From Eledone cirrhosa (Eukaryota): 64,000 nucleotides of DNA. The stretch covers positions 2,356,001-2,420,000 of the forward strand of contig OZ024764.1 of assembly GCA_964016885.1 (NCBI GenBank), in the 5' to 3' direction. The notes under the pieces were generated by a model. It did not search any database. It was not told where the DNA came from and saw only the letters and a program-made list of their open reading frames with translations. Made by a program: the position numbers and the translations under genes. Shown here one piece after another: positions 40,880 to 54,810 of the stretch (position 1 is its first letter; every line of letters starts with the position of its first letter).

Positions 40880-42940
40880 GATAGATAGATAGATAGATAG
40901 ATATGTTTCTATTTATTGCCACGAGGGCGCAAAAGAAGGGGACAAATACAAAGGGGGGAGTTTACACAAAAGAACGAGTAAAAAAAAAAAAAAACAATAA
41001 CAAATATAAAATTAACAGTAAAGTCCTCAATAGAGAGGAGGCGTTTTTGGGGGTCGCACAGACCCCCGAAAAAGTGTGCAACGGTTCTCCTCAGGAGCAC
41101 AGAGAGAGAGGGTGATCCCATCTTTTTCACCTACAGGCTGATATAGAGAGAAGGCCCATTCATACGAGCCATTCTCGTCTCTTTCACCCATCTTTCATAA
41201 AACTGGTTGGGGTGCAGCACCTCTCTCTCCATCCTGATCCTTCTTCCGAAATGATATCGGAAGAAAAGGGCCAGTTGTTGGCCAGAGAGAAAGGTGTCTG
41301 ACCTCAGTCCTTTCAGACGCATCCACGATACAACCTCTTTCACCATGGCTATTACACACAGAAACACCGCCTCTCCTTCCTGATAGATAGATAGATAAAT
41401 TTCTTTATTAGCCACAAGGGCACAAAAGAAGGGGACAAATACAAATGGGGAGTTTACATACAGGTATATGAAAATAAAACTTAATACAATAACAAATAAC
41501 AATTGAAATCTCCAATAGGGGGGGAGGTGTTACACAGGGGGTTGTACACACGCCGAAAAAATGTACAACCCTCATCTCCAGAGGCACCAAGAGTGAGTAC
41601 TCCCTTCCTCTCTTTCCTCAACCTACAGGCTTATATAGAGAGAAGGCCCAACCACTCGGGCCATCTTAGCCACTTTCACCCACCTTTTATAAAATTTGCT
41701 GGGGTACAGCACTTCTCTCTCCATCCTGATTCTCCTTCTAAAGTGGTACCTAAAGAAGGGAATCAATTGTTATCCGGAGAGAAAGGCATCTGTCCTCAGT
41801 CCTCTCAACCTCGTCCACCATATAACCTTTCAATGTCCTGCTCGCATCTTGGAAGGATCCCTGCCGGGGCGCCCGTGCCTGTAGATCTTGTCACGAACTG
41901 GTAGAGCTCCTCAGTAGCACTGCCAGGCCAGGGATCTCTGGAAGTTGTCCATAGGTCCCGGGCGGAAAGTCCTACCAAACAGACTGGTGAGCTCATCGTC
42001 TTCAACGCCCTCGTAACGTACAATCCCTCTATAGAATGTCGAAGTGGAGTCTCCACTGATTGCTGTGCCCGCTTGCCAGAGGACTGTGAGCGCCTGAGTG
42101 CATTCAATGTGCCAGGCGCCCATCGTTTTCGGTCTTTTCTTGACCCAGGACTGCAGCTCCATCAGCGAGACGAGCTGTGGGAAAGCCTGTCTCACAAATG
42201 GTGCCCACACCGGTTGGGGGTCGGTGAGGAATACCTGGAGAAGCCGCAGCCTCAGCGCATGTTTGCGCAACATCAGCCACGGCATTCCCAGACAGATAGA
42301 TAGATAGATATGTTTCTTTATTAGCCACAGGGGCACAAAAGAAAGAGACAAATACAAAGGGGGAAGTTTACATACAATAAAAACGTGTAAAATATTATCA
42401 CAAATGTAATTTAAAAGTTAATCGATTTTCACCAATAGGGGGAGACCTTTCATATGGGTAACACATACCCCTGAAAAAATGTGCAACCCTCATCTCCAGG
42501 AATACGAAGAGTTTGTACCCCTTTCCTCTCTTCCTCTATTTCCTCAACCTACAGGCTGATATAGAGAGAAGGCCCATTTACTTGGGCCATTCTCGTCCAC
42601 ATTCACCCACCTTTCATAAAACTTGCTGCGGTACAGCCCCTCTCTCTCCATCCTGGGGTACAGCACCTCTCTCTCCATCCTGATTCTTCTACCAAAGTGG
42701 TATTTGAAAAAAAGAATCAGTTGTTGGCCGGAGAGAAAGGTGTCTGACCTCAGCCCTTTCAACCTCGTCCACCATACAACCTCTTTCGCCATAACTATCA
42801 CACAGAGGAAAACCGCCTCTCCTTCGTTTTTGAAGGAGGGTGGCGGTTTAATCATGACAATGGACTCGGTGGTCAACCGGATTGGTCCCACCCGCGACAA
42901 TAGTCGTTCTACATAGACCCACAGGTCAGTAACGCCCGAG
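40880..42940 (-). mobile_element. Three stacked 5'-truncated L1/Tx1-like LINE copies filling the last PRPF8 intron
   Basis: Units at about 40880-41380, 41382-42290 and 42290-42940, each ending AATAAA...(TATC)n on minus; same ORF2 C-terminus as 17530-17913. Confidence 0.75.
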
Positions 42941-42989
42941 ATAGATAGATAGATAGACACAAACAGACAAATAGATAACAACAGCTCAC

Positions 42990-43192
42990 CCATGAAGTTG
43001 TAGTTCCAGGAACTCTGTGCCGGAACCATGAAAAATCCGAGGAATCGGTCGGAGAGTAACATCTGTACCTTCTCATAATGGGAAGGGAGGTAACCCTTGG
43101 GGTTGTTACCAGTGTCGGTGTTCTGTCGACCCCACTCATAGCCACTGGGGGTGAGTTTATAGGCTGTGAGGGAACAGGAACCAGGGGTGAAA
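42990..43192 (-). CDS. PRPF8: Prp8 exon (Jab1/MPN region)
   Basis: [26 protein letters not shown]...SSWNYNFM; AG/GT boundaries and phases match the neighbouring exons. Confidence 0.97.
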
Positions 43193-43599
43193 CTGTAAAA
43201 TAGAGAGGGGGAGTGTGAGTGTGGCTGTGTGGAGAATTAAGTGGAATGCTGAGTGGAGTGTGGCTGTGTGGAGAATTAAGTGGAATGCTGAGAATTAAGT
43301 GGAATGCTGAGTGGAGTGTGGCTGTGTGGAGAATTAAGTGGAATGCAGTGAGTGTGAGTGGAGTGTGGAGAATTAAGTGGAATGCTGAGTGGAGAATTAA
43401 GTGGAATGCAGTGAGTGTGAGTGGAGTGTGGAGAATTAAGTGGAATGCAGTGAGTGTGAGTGGAGTGTGGAGAAGTGGAATACAGTGCATGTGAGTGGAG
43501 TGTGGAGAAGTGGAATACAGTGCATGTGAGTGGAGTGTGGCTGTGTGGAGAAGTGGAATGCAGTGAGTGTAAGTGGAGTGTAGGAAAGGTGTAACTTAC

Positions 43600-43739
43600 C
43601 TGCATGTGATGATGACAGTCTTCTCTCCATCCCAGGTGGGGTTGTCTGCCATGACCTTGGCGTGGGTGGTGATGTCCTGGGGTGAGAGCTGGGGCAGTTC
43701 ATTGGGTTGGGTGTGTACCCAGCCTAGGGCTTCCATTTC
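43600..43739 (-). CDS. PRPF8: Prp8 exon (Jab1/MPN region)
   Basis: [46 protein letters not shown]. Confidence 0.97.
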
Positions 43740-43870
43740 CTGGGGGAAGGGGCAACAATCAGTGAATACATATGGTCAGGTAAACATCATCATTATTATT
43801 ATTATTATCAAAAATGTGAACATCTTTGATCATAGGTCTGTTGGTTCTTGACTGGCCTAGGGCTAAACAA

Positions 43871-44687
43871 GGACACATTAGATAGTGTAGTCCTAGATAC
43901 ACTGTGTCTGTATATAAGACAGGACACATTAGATAATGTAGTCCTAGGTAGACTGTGTCTGTATATAAGACAGGACACATTAGATAATGTAGTCCTAGAT
44001 ACACTGTGTCTGTATATAAGACAGGACACATTAGATAATGTAGTCCTAGATACACTGTGTCTGTATATAGGACAAGACACATTAGATAATGTAGTCCTAG
44101 ATACACTGTGTCTGTATATAAGACAGGACACATTAGATAGTGTAGTCCTAGATAGACTGTGTCTGTATATAGGACAAGACACATTAGATAATGTAGTCCT
44201 AGGTAGACTGTGTCTGTATATAAGACAGGACACATTAGATAGTGTAGTCCTAGATACACTGTGTCTGTATATAAGACAGGACACATTAGATAATGTAGTC
44301 CTAGATAGACTGTCTGTATATAAGACAGGACACATTAGATAATGTAGTCCTAGATACACTGTGTCTGTATATAAGACAGGACACATTAGATAATGTAGTC
44401 CTAGATAGACTGTGTCTGTATATAAGACAGGACACATTAGATAATGTAGTCCTAGATACACTGTGTCTGTATATAAGACAGGCCACATTAGATAATGTAG
44501 TCCTAGATAGACTGTGTCTGTATATAAGACAGGACACATTAGATAATGTAGTCCTAGATACACTGTGTCTGTATATAAGACAGGACACATTAGATAATGT
44601 AGTCCTAGATAGACTGTGTCTGTATATAAGACAGGACACATTAGATAGTGTAGTCCTAGATACACTGTGTCTGTATATAAGACAGGA
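43871..44687. repeat. 51-bp intronic minisatellite, about 16 copies
   Basis: GGACACATTAGATAATGTAGTCCTAGATACACTGTGTCTGTATATAAGACA. Confidence 0.97.
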
Positions 44688-44769
44688 TGGTCACAGCTGG
44701 ACTACCTTTGATCATAGGTCAACTGGATGAGGACTGACCTGGGGTTAAACAACAACAACTTCTCCTTAC

Positions 44770-44910
44770 CTGTAAATACTCGTGCTCAGGTAACGTGTTG
44801 GGTAGATGCACCCTTTGGTGGGTACCCCACTGGGGCGGCATTACAATACAGCGGATCTCCTTCACCTGAGGGTTGTCTGGAGGACTGACCCCGTACAGGT
44901 AGCCGGCAAT
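44770..44910 (-). CDS. PRPF8: Prp8 exon
   Basis: [47 protein letters not shown]. Confidence 0.97.
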
Positions 44911-45995
44911 CTGTGAAAGGGGAGAGAGGGATAGATAGATGAATAGGGAGAGTGTTGGTGTAGCAGGCCTGGAGGGACCCCAGATTAAGTTTTGATGTAG
45001 CATGTAGGGAGAGGTCCCTAATTCCTGGCGGAGCTTGTTGTGTGGTATTTCGTATCTGGGCCATCAAGTGAGATGTGTGGTGGTGTGGTGTGGTGGTATG
45101 GTGTGGTGTGGTGTGGGGAGGTGTAGCATGGTGTGTGGTGGTGTAGTGTGGTGGTATGGTGTGGTGAGGTGTAGTGTGGGGAGGTGTGGTGTGTGGTGTA
45201 TTGTGTAGTAATGTGGTGGTGTGGTGTGTTGTGTAGTAGTGTGGTGTGGTGTGTTGTGTAGTAGTGTGGTGTGGTGTGTTGTGTAGTAGTGTGGTGTGTT
45301 GTGTAGTAGTGTGGTGTGTTGTGTAGTAGTGTGGTGTGGTGTGTTGTGTGGTGTGGTGTGGTGTAGTAGTGTGGTGTGGTGTGTTGTGTAGTAGTGGTGT
45401 GGTGTGGTGTGTGGTGTTGTGGTGTGGTGTGTAGTAGTGTGGTGTGGTGTGTTGTGTAGTAGTGTGGTGTGGTGTGTTGTGTAGTAGTGTGGTGTGGTGT
45501 GTGGTGTTGTGGTGTGTTGTGTAGTAGTGTGGTGTGGTGTGTTGTGTTGTGTAGTAGTGTGGTGTGTTGTGTAGTAGTGTGGTGTGTTGTGTAGTAGTGT
45601 GGTGTGGTGTGTTGTGTGGTGTGGTGTGGTGTAGTAGTGTGGTGTGGTGTGTTGTGTAGTAGTGGTGTGGTGTGGTGTGTGGTGTTGTGGTGTGGTGTGT
45701 AGTAGTGTGGTGCGGTGTGAGGTGCAGTGTGGTGTGGTGTGTAGTAGTGTAGTGTGGTATGTGGTGCGGTGTGTAGTAGAGTGGTGTGTGGTGTGGCGTA
45801 GAGTAGGGGTGGTGCGGTGTGTAGTAGTGTAGCATGATATGTGGTAGTGTAGTATAGTATAGTGTAGTGTAACATGGTGTGGTGTGGTGTGTGGTGCAGT
45901 GTAGCATGGTGTGTTGTAGCGTAGTGTAGCATGGTGCGGTGTGTGGTATGGTGTGTGGTGGTATGGTGGTGTAAGGCGATGTAGGTATTTCTCAC

Positions 45996-46377
45996 CTGGG
46001 CCCGCAAGTCAGATATGATGATAAACTTCTTAAGGATGTTCTTGGGTAGAATATAAGTATACCCAGTCTCTTTGATGTCGTCGGAGGAGACGTAGATATG
46101 GTTGGTACGGAGGTGGAGGTTGGTCGCTGATATGGCCCTCACACGCCACTCAGTCTTCGAGGCAAACGTCGCAGTCTCGTAGTTGCTCGTAGTTGACGTG
46201 ATGATCTCGTCCCCGTGTTTGTTGACGGTGCGGGTCGTTGTGGCCGTCAGCTGGGTCTGCTCCTTCGTCTGCTTCTCGATCTCGGCGATTTGTTGACGCT
46301 GGGCCGAGGGTGCGGAGATCTCCATGCCGAGGATAATGTCTCGGATCTCGGATTGGGTCAACGAGGCTACATTGACG
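45996..46377 (-). CDS. PRPF8: Prp8 exon
   Basis: [24 protein letters not shown]...[13 protein letters not shown]. Confidence 0.98.
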
Positions 46378-46419
46378 CTGGAATACGAGAAACATAGGGA
46401 GGAGGTTAAAGGTGGTAGA

Positions 46420-48050
46420 TATAAGACAGGACACATTAGATAATGTAGTCCTAGGTACACTGTGTCTGTATATAAGACAGGACACATTAGATAGTGTAGT
46501 CCTAGGTACACTGTGTCTGTATATAAGACAAGACACATTAGATAATGTAGTCCTAGGTACACTGTGTCTGTATATAAGACAGGGCACATTAGATAGTGTA
46601 GTCCTAGGTACACTGTGTCTCTATATAAGACAGGACACATTAGATAATGTAGTCCTAGATACACTGTGTCTGTATATAAGACAGGACACATTAGATAATG
46701 TAGTCCTAGATACACTGTGTCTGTATATAAGACAGGACACATTAGATAATGTAGTCCTAGATACACTGTGTCTGTATATAAGACAGGACACATTAGATAG
46801 TGTAGTCCTAGGTACACTGTGTCTGTATATAAGACAGGACACATTAGATAGTGTAGTCCTAGGTACACTGTGTCTGTATATAAGACAGGACACATTAGAT
46901 AATGTAGTCCTAGATAGACTGTGTCTGTATATAAGACAGGACACAGATAATGTAGTCCTAGATATACTGTGTCTGTATATAAGACAGGACACATTAGATA
47001 ATGTAGTCCTAGGTACACTGTGTCTGTATATAAGACAGGACACATTAGATAGTGTAGTCCTAGATACACTGTCTGTATATAAGACAGGACACATTAGATA
47101 ATGTAGTCCTAGATACACTGTGTCTGTATATAAGACAGGACACATTAGATAATGTAGTCCTAGATATACTGTGTCTGTATATAAGACAGGACATTAGATA
47201 ATGTAGTCCTAGATACACTGTGTCTGTATATAAGACAGGACACATTAGATAATGTAGTCCTAGATACACTGTGTCTGTATATAAGACAGGACATTAGATA
47301 ATGTAGTCCTAGGTACACTGTGTCTGTATATAAGACAGGACACATTAGATAGTGTAGTCCTAGGTACACTGTGTCTGTATATAAGACAGGACACATTAGA
47401 TAGTGTAGTCCTAGATACACTGTGTCTGTATATAAGACAGGACACATTAGATAATGTAGTCCTAGGTACACTGTGTCTGTATATAAGACAGGACACATTA
47501 GATAATGTAGTCCTAGGTACACTGTGTCTGTATATAAGACAGGACACATTAGATAATGTAGTCCTAGATACACTGTGTCTGTATATAAGACAGGACACAT
47601 TAGATAGTGTAGTCCTAGGTACACTGTGTCTGTATATAAGACAGGACACATTAGATAGTGTAGTCCTAGATACACTGTGTCTGTATATAAGACAGGACAC
47701 ATTAGATAATGTAGTCCTAGGTACACTGTGTCTGTATATAAGACAGGACACATTAGATAATGTAGTCCTAGGTACACTGTGTCTGTATATAAGACAGGAC
47801 ACATTAGATAATGTGGTCCTAGGTAGACTGTGTCTGTATATAAGACAGGACACATTAGATAATGTAGTCCTAGGTAGACTGTGTCTGTATATAAGACAGG
47901 ACACATTAGATAATGTAGTCCTAGGTACACTGTGTCTGTATATAAGACAGCACACATTAGATAGTGTAGTCCTAGATACACTGTGTCTGTATATAAGACA
48001 GGACACATTAGATAATGTAGTCCTAGGTACACTGTGTCTCTATATAAGAC
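46420..48050. repeat. 51-bp intronic minisatellite, about 32 copies, same unit as 43871-44687
   Basis: 17-aa periodicity [17 protein letters not shown] in the ORF track. Confidence 0.97.
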
Positions 48051-48144
48051 TGGATAGTCATAGTTGGAACATCTTTGATCATAGGTCTACAGGTTCAGGT
48101 CTGACCCAGGGCTAAACAACAACAACAAATATAAAGAAACTTAC

Positions 48145-48338
48145 TTATTCTTCTTGCCATAATCTGCCAAAATAAGGTCCTTCAGTTGAACCTCAATTTT
48201 GATCCACTCCTCATCCCCCAGGGCAGGCCAGATGTGATGAGGTTCTGTAGTGGTGGTCTTATCTGGCTTCAAGATGATCTTCGTGCGGTCATTGTTGACA
48301 TGCAGGGCACGCAGTATCAGGATTAACCGGGAAAACGC
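48145..48338 (-). CDS. PRPF8: Prp8 exon (RNase H-like domain)
   Basis: [27 protein letters not shown]...ADYGKKN. Confidence 0.97.
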
Positions 48339-49134
48339 CTGCAAAAAAAAAGGGGGAGGGGGATTAATGTGGGGTTATAATAAATTGATGGGGTGGGGAG
48401 GAGGATTTAACCCTTTAGGATTTAACCCTCTGCTTTCATCAGATAAAATCATCATTCATCCTCATTTCATTTTACGTCCGCTTTTTCCCTGCTTGCAAGG
48501 GTGGGACGGGAACTGATTCTGGCTTGATTTCTACAGCTGGATGCCCTTCCTAACACCAACCTCATTTACAGTGTGGGCTGGGTGCTTTTTTGCCGTGGCA
48601 CCTCCACGACCACTTTGCAGTGGAATGAGAGGGACCCCAGTCCCTATCATCTCATTTCTACAGCTGAGTAAACTGGAGCAATGTGAAATAAAGTGTCTTG
48701 CTCAAGGAAACAACACATCACCCGGTCTGAGAATTGAACTCACAACCTTTCGATTGCAAGGCCAATGCTCTAACCGCTAAGCCATGTGCCTCCATAAATA
48801 TAAATAAATATTGACATACCCTTAAAGAATGCGACCATTACTGTTGGAAGCTCCTGGATAGTGGGGTTATAACTTTATTAATACTAGTATGTAAATTTGT
48901 ATTGGATATTTTTAAAGAAGCCATTGGGTTACGGAGAAAGAGAGAAAGAGAGAAGAACAAGAGAAAGAAAAAAGAAAAAAGGAGGTGAGTTTTATTGTAG
49001 TACAATAAAGCAATGCAGATATCGGATAAGTAGCACTCTACAGTTTGTAGGACTGGAGTATAAATAATATAAGATATGTTGATTTAAAACTTCACTGTTC
49101 ACAAGTGTGTTTTAACCTTCATATCATGTATCCC

Positions 49135-49202
49135 TATTTTATCTGACGAAAACGCAAATGTCATCTCATGATATTTGTTTTTGAAATGCGTATAATAAAA
49201 TA
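49135..49202 (+). ncRNA. Type I hammerhead motif, divergent family A, antisense to PRPF8
   Basis: TATTTTAT-CTGACGA-AAA-c-GCAAATGTCA-tctca-TGATATTTGT-t-TTT-GAAA-tgcgta-TA-ATAAAATA. Confidence 0.78.
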
Positions 49203-49233
49203 CATGGAACTCTTTTAACCATCTTTTGATCTT

Positions 49234-49275
<42 letters not shown>

Positions 49276-49295
49276 TATATATATCTACACATATG

Positions 49296-49327
<32 letters not shown>

Positions 49328-49514
49328 AGTATGTATACAGACGTACAGTAGTATGTATATACATACATACATGCACGCACATATATATATATCTACGTAT
49401 GGGTTTACCGAACATTTATTATAATGCTCGGTTTGTTTGTAAACAAACATCCCGAATTAAGCCGTACAGTGTTCGGCAACCATCGTTGCCTTTTTGTTCA
49501 ACACTGACAAAGGA

Positions 49515-49557
49515 ACGATGAACTAGTTTCTAGCTTATTAGCTGTCATCAGCACCGT
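49515..49557 (-). ncRNA. Minimal hammerhead motif, family E, sense within a PRPF8 intron
   Basis: Minus strand: ACGGTG-CTGATGA-c-AGCT-aata-AGCT-a-GAAA-ctag-TT-CATCGT; palindromic ACTAGT stem III. Confidence 0.7.
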
Positions 49558-50159
49558 ATACCTTCCTGTCAGTCGATTGAACGTTTGAAAGTATATACTT
49601 TCCTTATGCATATTAAATATATATATATCATCATCATCATACGTCCGCTTTTTCCCTGCTTGCAAGGGTGGGACGGGAACCGATTCTGGCTTGATTTCTA
49701 CAGCTGGATGCCCTTCCTAACACCAACCTCATTTACAGTGAGTGCTGGGTGCTTTTTTGCCGTGGCACCTCCACGACCACTTTGCAGTGGAATGATAGGG
49801 ACCCCAGTCCCTATCATCTCATTTCTACAGCTGAGTAAACTGGAGCAAAGTGAAATAAAGTGTCTTGCTCAAGGAAAAATAACATATATATATATATATC
49901 AACTAGAAATTGATTGACATATATATATATATATCTAAAATAAACACATGAAACAATCACAGGGGATAATTTGTAAAGTATGTAAACATGACACCCTTAA
50001 TTTAATTTTGGATATATATATATATATCATCATCATCATCATTTTACATCCACTTTTCTCTGCTTGCAAGAGTATATATATATATATAAAGAGAGAGAGA
50101 GTGTGCCATCAGGGAAATGACAGGGAATGGTGAGAGTCTATGGCGCCGTTAATTTATCA

Positions 50160-50372
<213 letters not shown>

Positions 50373-50477
50373 TCACATATATATATATATTAATACACAC
50401 ACACACACATATATGTGTGTGTGTTTGAGTACATATATTCATCATGGATGTTAAACAATGATATATATATATATATC

Positions 50478-51590
50478 AAGAAGTCTTCCTGTGAACGTGA
50501 CCTGGGCATTACGGTCAGCAGCGATTTGCGTTGGACGAAGCAAGTCTCTAAAATTGTCAAGAGGGCCGAGGGTGTCTTAGCATCACTCAGCAAGACCTTT
50601 GTCAGCCGCTCTCCAGATATCTATTTAAAGCTGTATACAGCTATGGTGCGGCCACACTTAGAATTTGCATCACCAGTCTGGAACACCTATCTTGCTCAGA
50701 ACATTGACCACCTGGAAACTGTTCAGAGACGTGCAACCAAGCGAATACCCTCCATCAGGCATCTACCATACTCTGAACGCTTTGCTTCCCTGGGCATGGA
50801 TACATTGAAGCTCCGACGCCTGGCAACTGACTTGGTAAACACCCACAAAATTATTAACCATCTTGCCAACAACAACCCTGAGTACCTTTTTGATTTCCAT
50901 GTGTCCACAAAGTCAGAAAACAGCACAGCTCCCATGACTTTCGGAAACATTTTTTCACGCTCAGAGTTGCTGAAGCATGGAACAAACTACCTGCATCAGT
51001 TGTTAGCTGTAGAGACACTGCAACCTGTAAAACCTCCATGGAACAAACTACCTGCATCAGTTGTTAGCTGTCGAGACACTGCATCCTTTAAAACCTCCAT
51101 GGAACAAACTACCTGCATCAGTTGTTAGCTGTAGAGACACTGCAACCTGTAAAACCTCCATGGAACAAACTACCTGCATCAGTTGTTAGCTGTCGAGACA
51201 CTGCATCCTTTAAAACCTCCATGGAACAAACTACCTACATCAGTTGTTAGCTGTCGAGACACTGCACCCATTAAAACCTCCATGGAACAAACTACCTACA
51301 TCAGTTGTTAGCTGTTGAGACACTGCATCCTTTAAAACCTCCATGGAACAAACTACCTGCATCAGTTGTTAGCTGTCGAGACACTGCATCCTTTAAAACC
51401 TCCATGCTTCCCGAGATTCGCCAACACTACACCTAATGTTCCCCCTCCATAAATACACACACATCTATATCATGACTCATACACTATTCACTTTCCTGAC
51501 ATTTGTACATTATTCTATGTACTATACATGCACCTTTGACGAGTTGTAGTGCACCTGAGCACTGTACACAATAATTTCATTATTATTATT
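50478..51590 (+). mobile_element. CR1-type LINE 3' portion with an internal tandem repeat of about 61 bp (50977-51405) and an (ATT)n tail
   Basis: ERDLGITVSSDLRW...LYTAMVRPHLEFASPVW...LETVQRRATK. Confidence 0.88.
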
Positions 51591-51969
51591 ACTATTATAT
51601 TATATATATTATATTATTATATTTAGGGCGGTGGATTGGCAGTATCGGTAGAGGGTCGGGCACCATGCTTTGAAGTATAGAGTTACCTCCCTGTATGATC
51701 TGAGTTCAAATCCCGCCGAGGTTAACTTTGCCTTTCATCCTTACGGGGTCGAAAAATAAAGTACCAGTAATGCACTGGAATAATTGCTGGCCTTGTGCCA
51801 AAAGTAGAAATAATAATAATTATTATATACACACACATATATATATACAGACATACACACAAATATATATATATATGTGCCTTCTATTATTATATATATA
51901 TATATATACAGTGATGTATGTATGTGAGATATAGACAAGAGAGAGAGAGAGAGAGAGAGAGGTTCCTAC

Positions 51970-52044
51970 CTTGAGACAAGCCTGGAATGGTAGCTGTAAC
52001 TCACTTCCTTTGATGACAATGTTGGGGAAATCCAGTAAATGGAC
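51970..52044 (-). CDS. PRPF8: Prp8 exon
   Basis: [25 protein letters not shown]. Confidence 0.97.
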
Positions 52045-52464
52045 CTGACAATGGGATAACATAGAATGGGTTAACATGTGTGTGGTGGGGTGTGTTGGAT
52101 AGTGTGGTGGGTTACTGTGTTGTGGGATGTGCTGGGTTAATGTGCTGTGGGGTGGGGTAGGTTAATGTGTTGTGGGGTGTGGTGGGTTAATGTGCTGTGG
52201 GGTGTGGTGGGTTAGTGTGATGTGGGGTGTGGTGGGTTAATGTGATGTGGGGTGTGGTGGGTTAATGTGCTGTGGGGTGTGGTGGGTTAATGTGATGTGG
52301 GGTGTGGTGGGTTAATGTGCTGTGAGGTGTGGTGGGTTAATGTGGTGTGGGGTGTGGTGGGTTAATGTGCTGTGGGGTGTGGTGGATTAATGTGACGTGG
52401 GGTGTGGTGGGTTAATGTGATGTGGGGTGTGGTGGGTTAATGTGTTGGATAGTGTGTTAATGGA

Positions 52465-53461
<997 letters not shown>

Positions 53462-54256
53462 TTAACCACCCCTCCCAAGGAAACTAAAAATACTGAAGCT
53501 GAGAAAAATTGCCTGACTTTCCTCATGATTTCATACGAATGAAACAGTTTTAGTCCTGTAGAAGTCATTTCTGTAATATAATTAATATATATGCTGTACT
53601 AATGTATTGAGTACATTTTTTGACAGGGGTCACCTGATTTACATCAGGGCTCTACATATAGTGTGCGTGTCCTTTAAGGCACAAGTCTGGGCAAGGTTTG
53701 TTTTGGGGAAGACCAGCAGTCACCCATGTATACCAGTCTCCCCTCTCCACACCTCCGATGTTGTCCAAGGGAAAGGCAATGGCTGATATAGCTTGGCACT
53801 AGTGACATCACAACTCATTTCTACAGCTGAGTAAACTGGAGCAACGTGAAATAAAGTGTCTTGCTCAAGGAAACAACACATCATTCGGTCTGAGAATTGA
53901 ACTCACAACCTTTCGATTGCAAGCCCAATGCTCTAACCACTAAGCCATGCGCCTATATGTATGTGTGTGTATATATACATACATACACACACTGACCTCT
54001 CATTCAGACAGGGTCACATCTTGCTTCCATACAGCCCCACATTCCAGAATGGTTTTGTGGCACCAGCACTAGAGAGGTTTAAATGCTATATACACACACA
54101 CACACACTCAAAAACAGGCTTCCACACAGTTTCAACCTACCAAACCCCAACTAATACGGCGTAGATGAAGCCGAGGGTATAGTAGAAGACAATTCCACAA
54201 GCCACACAGGAGTGGGACTGAACCAGAGACCACATGGTTACTAAACAACTTCTTCA

Positions 54257-54493
<237 letters not shown>

Positions 54494-54810
54494 CTATACT
54501 AAAGGGCTTAACTGATAGGGTTATGTGTGTTATAATTTCTCAGTTCCATGTTTTTTGTCTTTATTGTTTAAAAATGTAATCAATGTATTTATGACTCAAT
54601 TCACTGGTTTTCATTAGATTACATATTTTTGACAGTGACTGGCGCTAATAGTTGTTCCAATGTTTAAAAGTGGCCCACCTATGGAATATGTTGCACACCC
54701 CTGCTATAGTATATTGGCATTCAGAACAAAAGCTGGTGACATCTGACTTTGAGAGAGATATATGCCGCCCTCTCACGCATATCTGTCGTTGTACCTAAAA
54801 GGAGAGTAAG

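Noticed and set aside
45018-47069. 683-aa ORF fusing repeats to Prp8 sequence
   Set aside because: It is one real exon (45996-46377) flanked by stop-poor intronic repeats; canonical splice sites and phases explain it.
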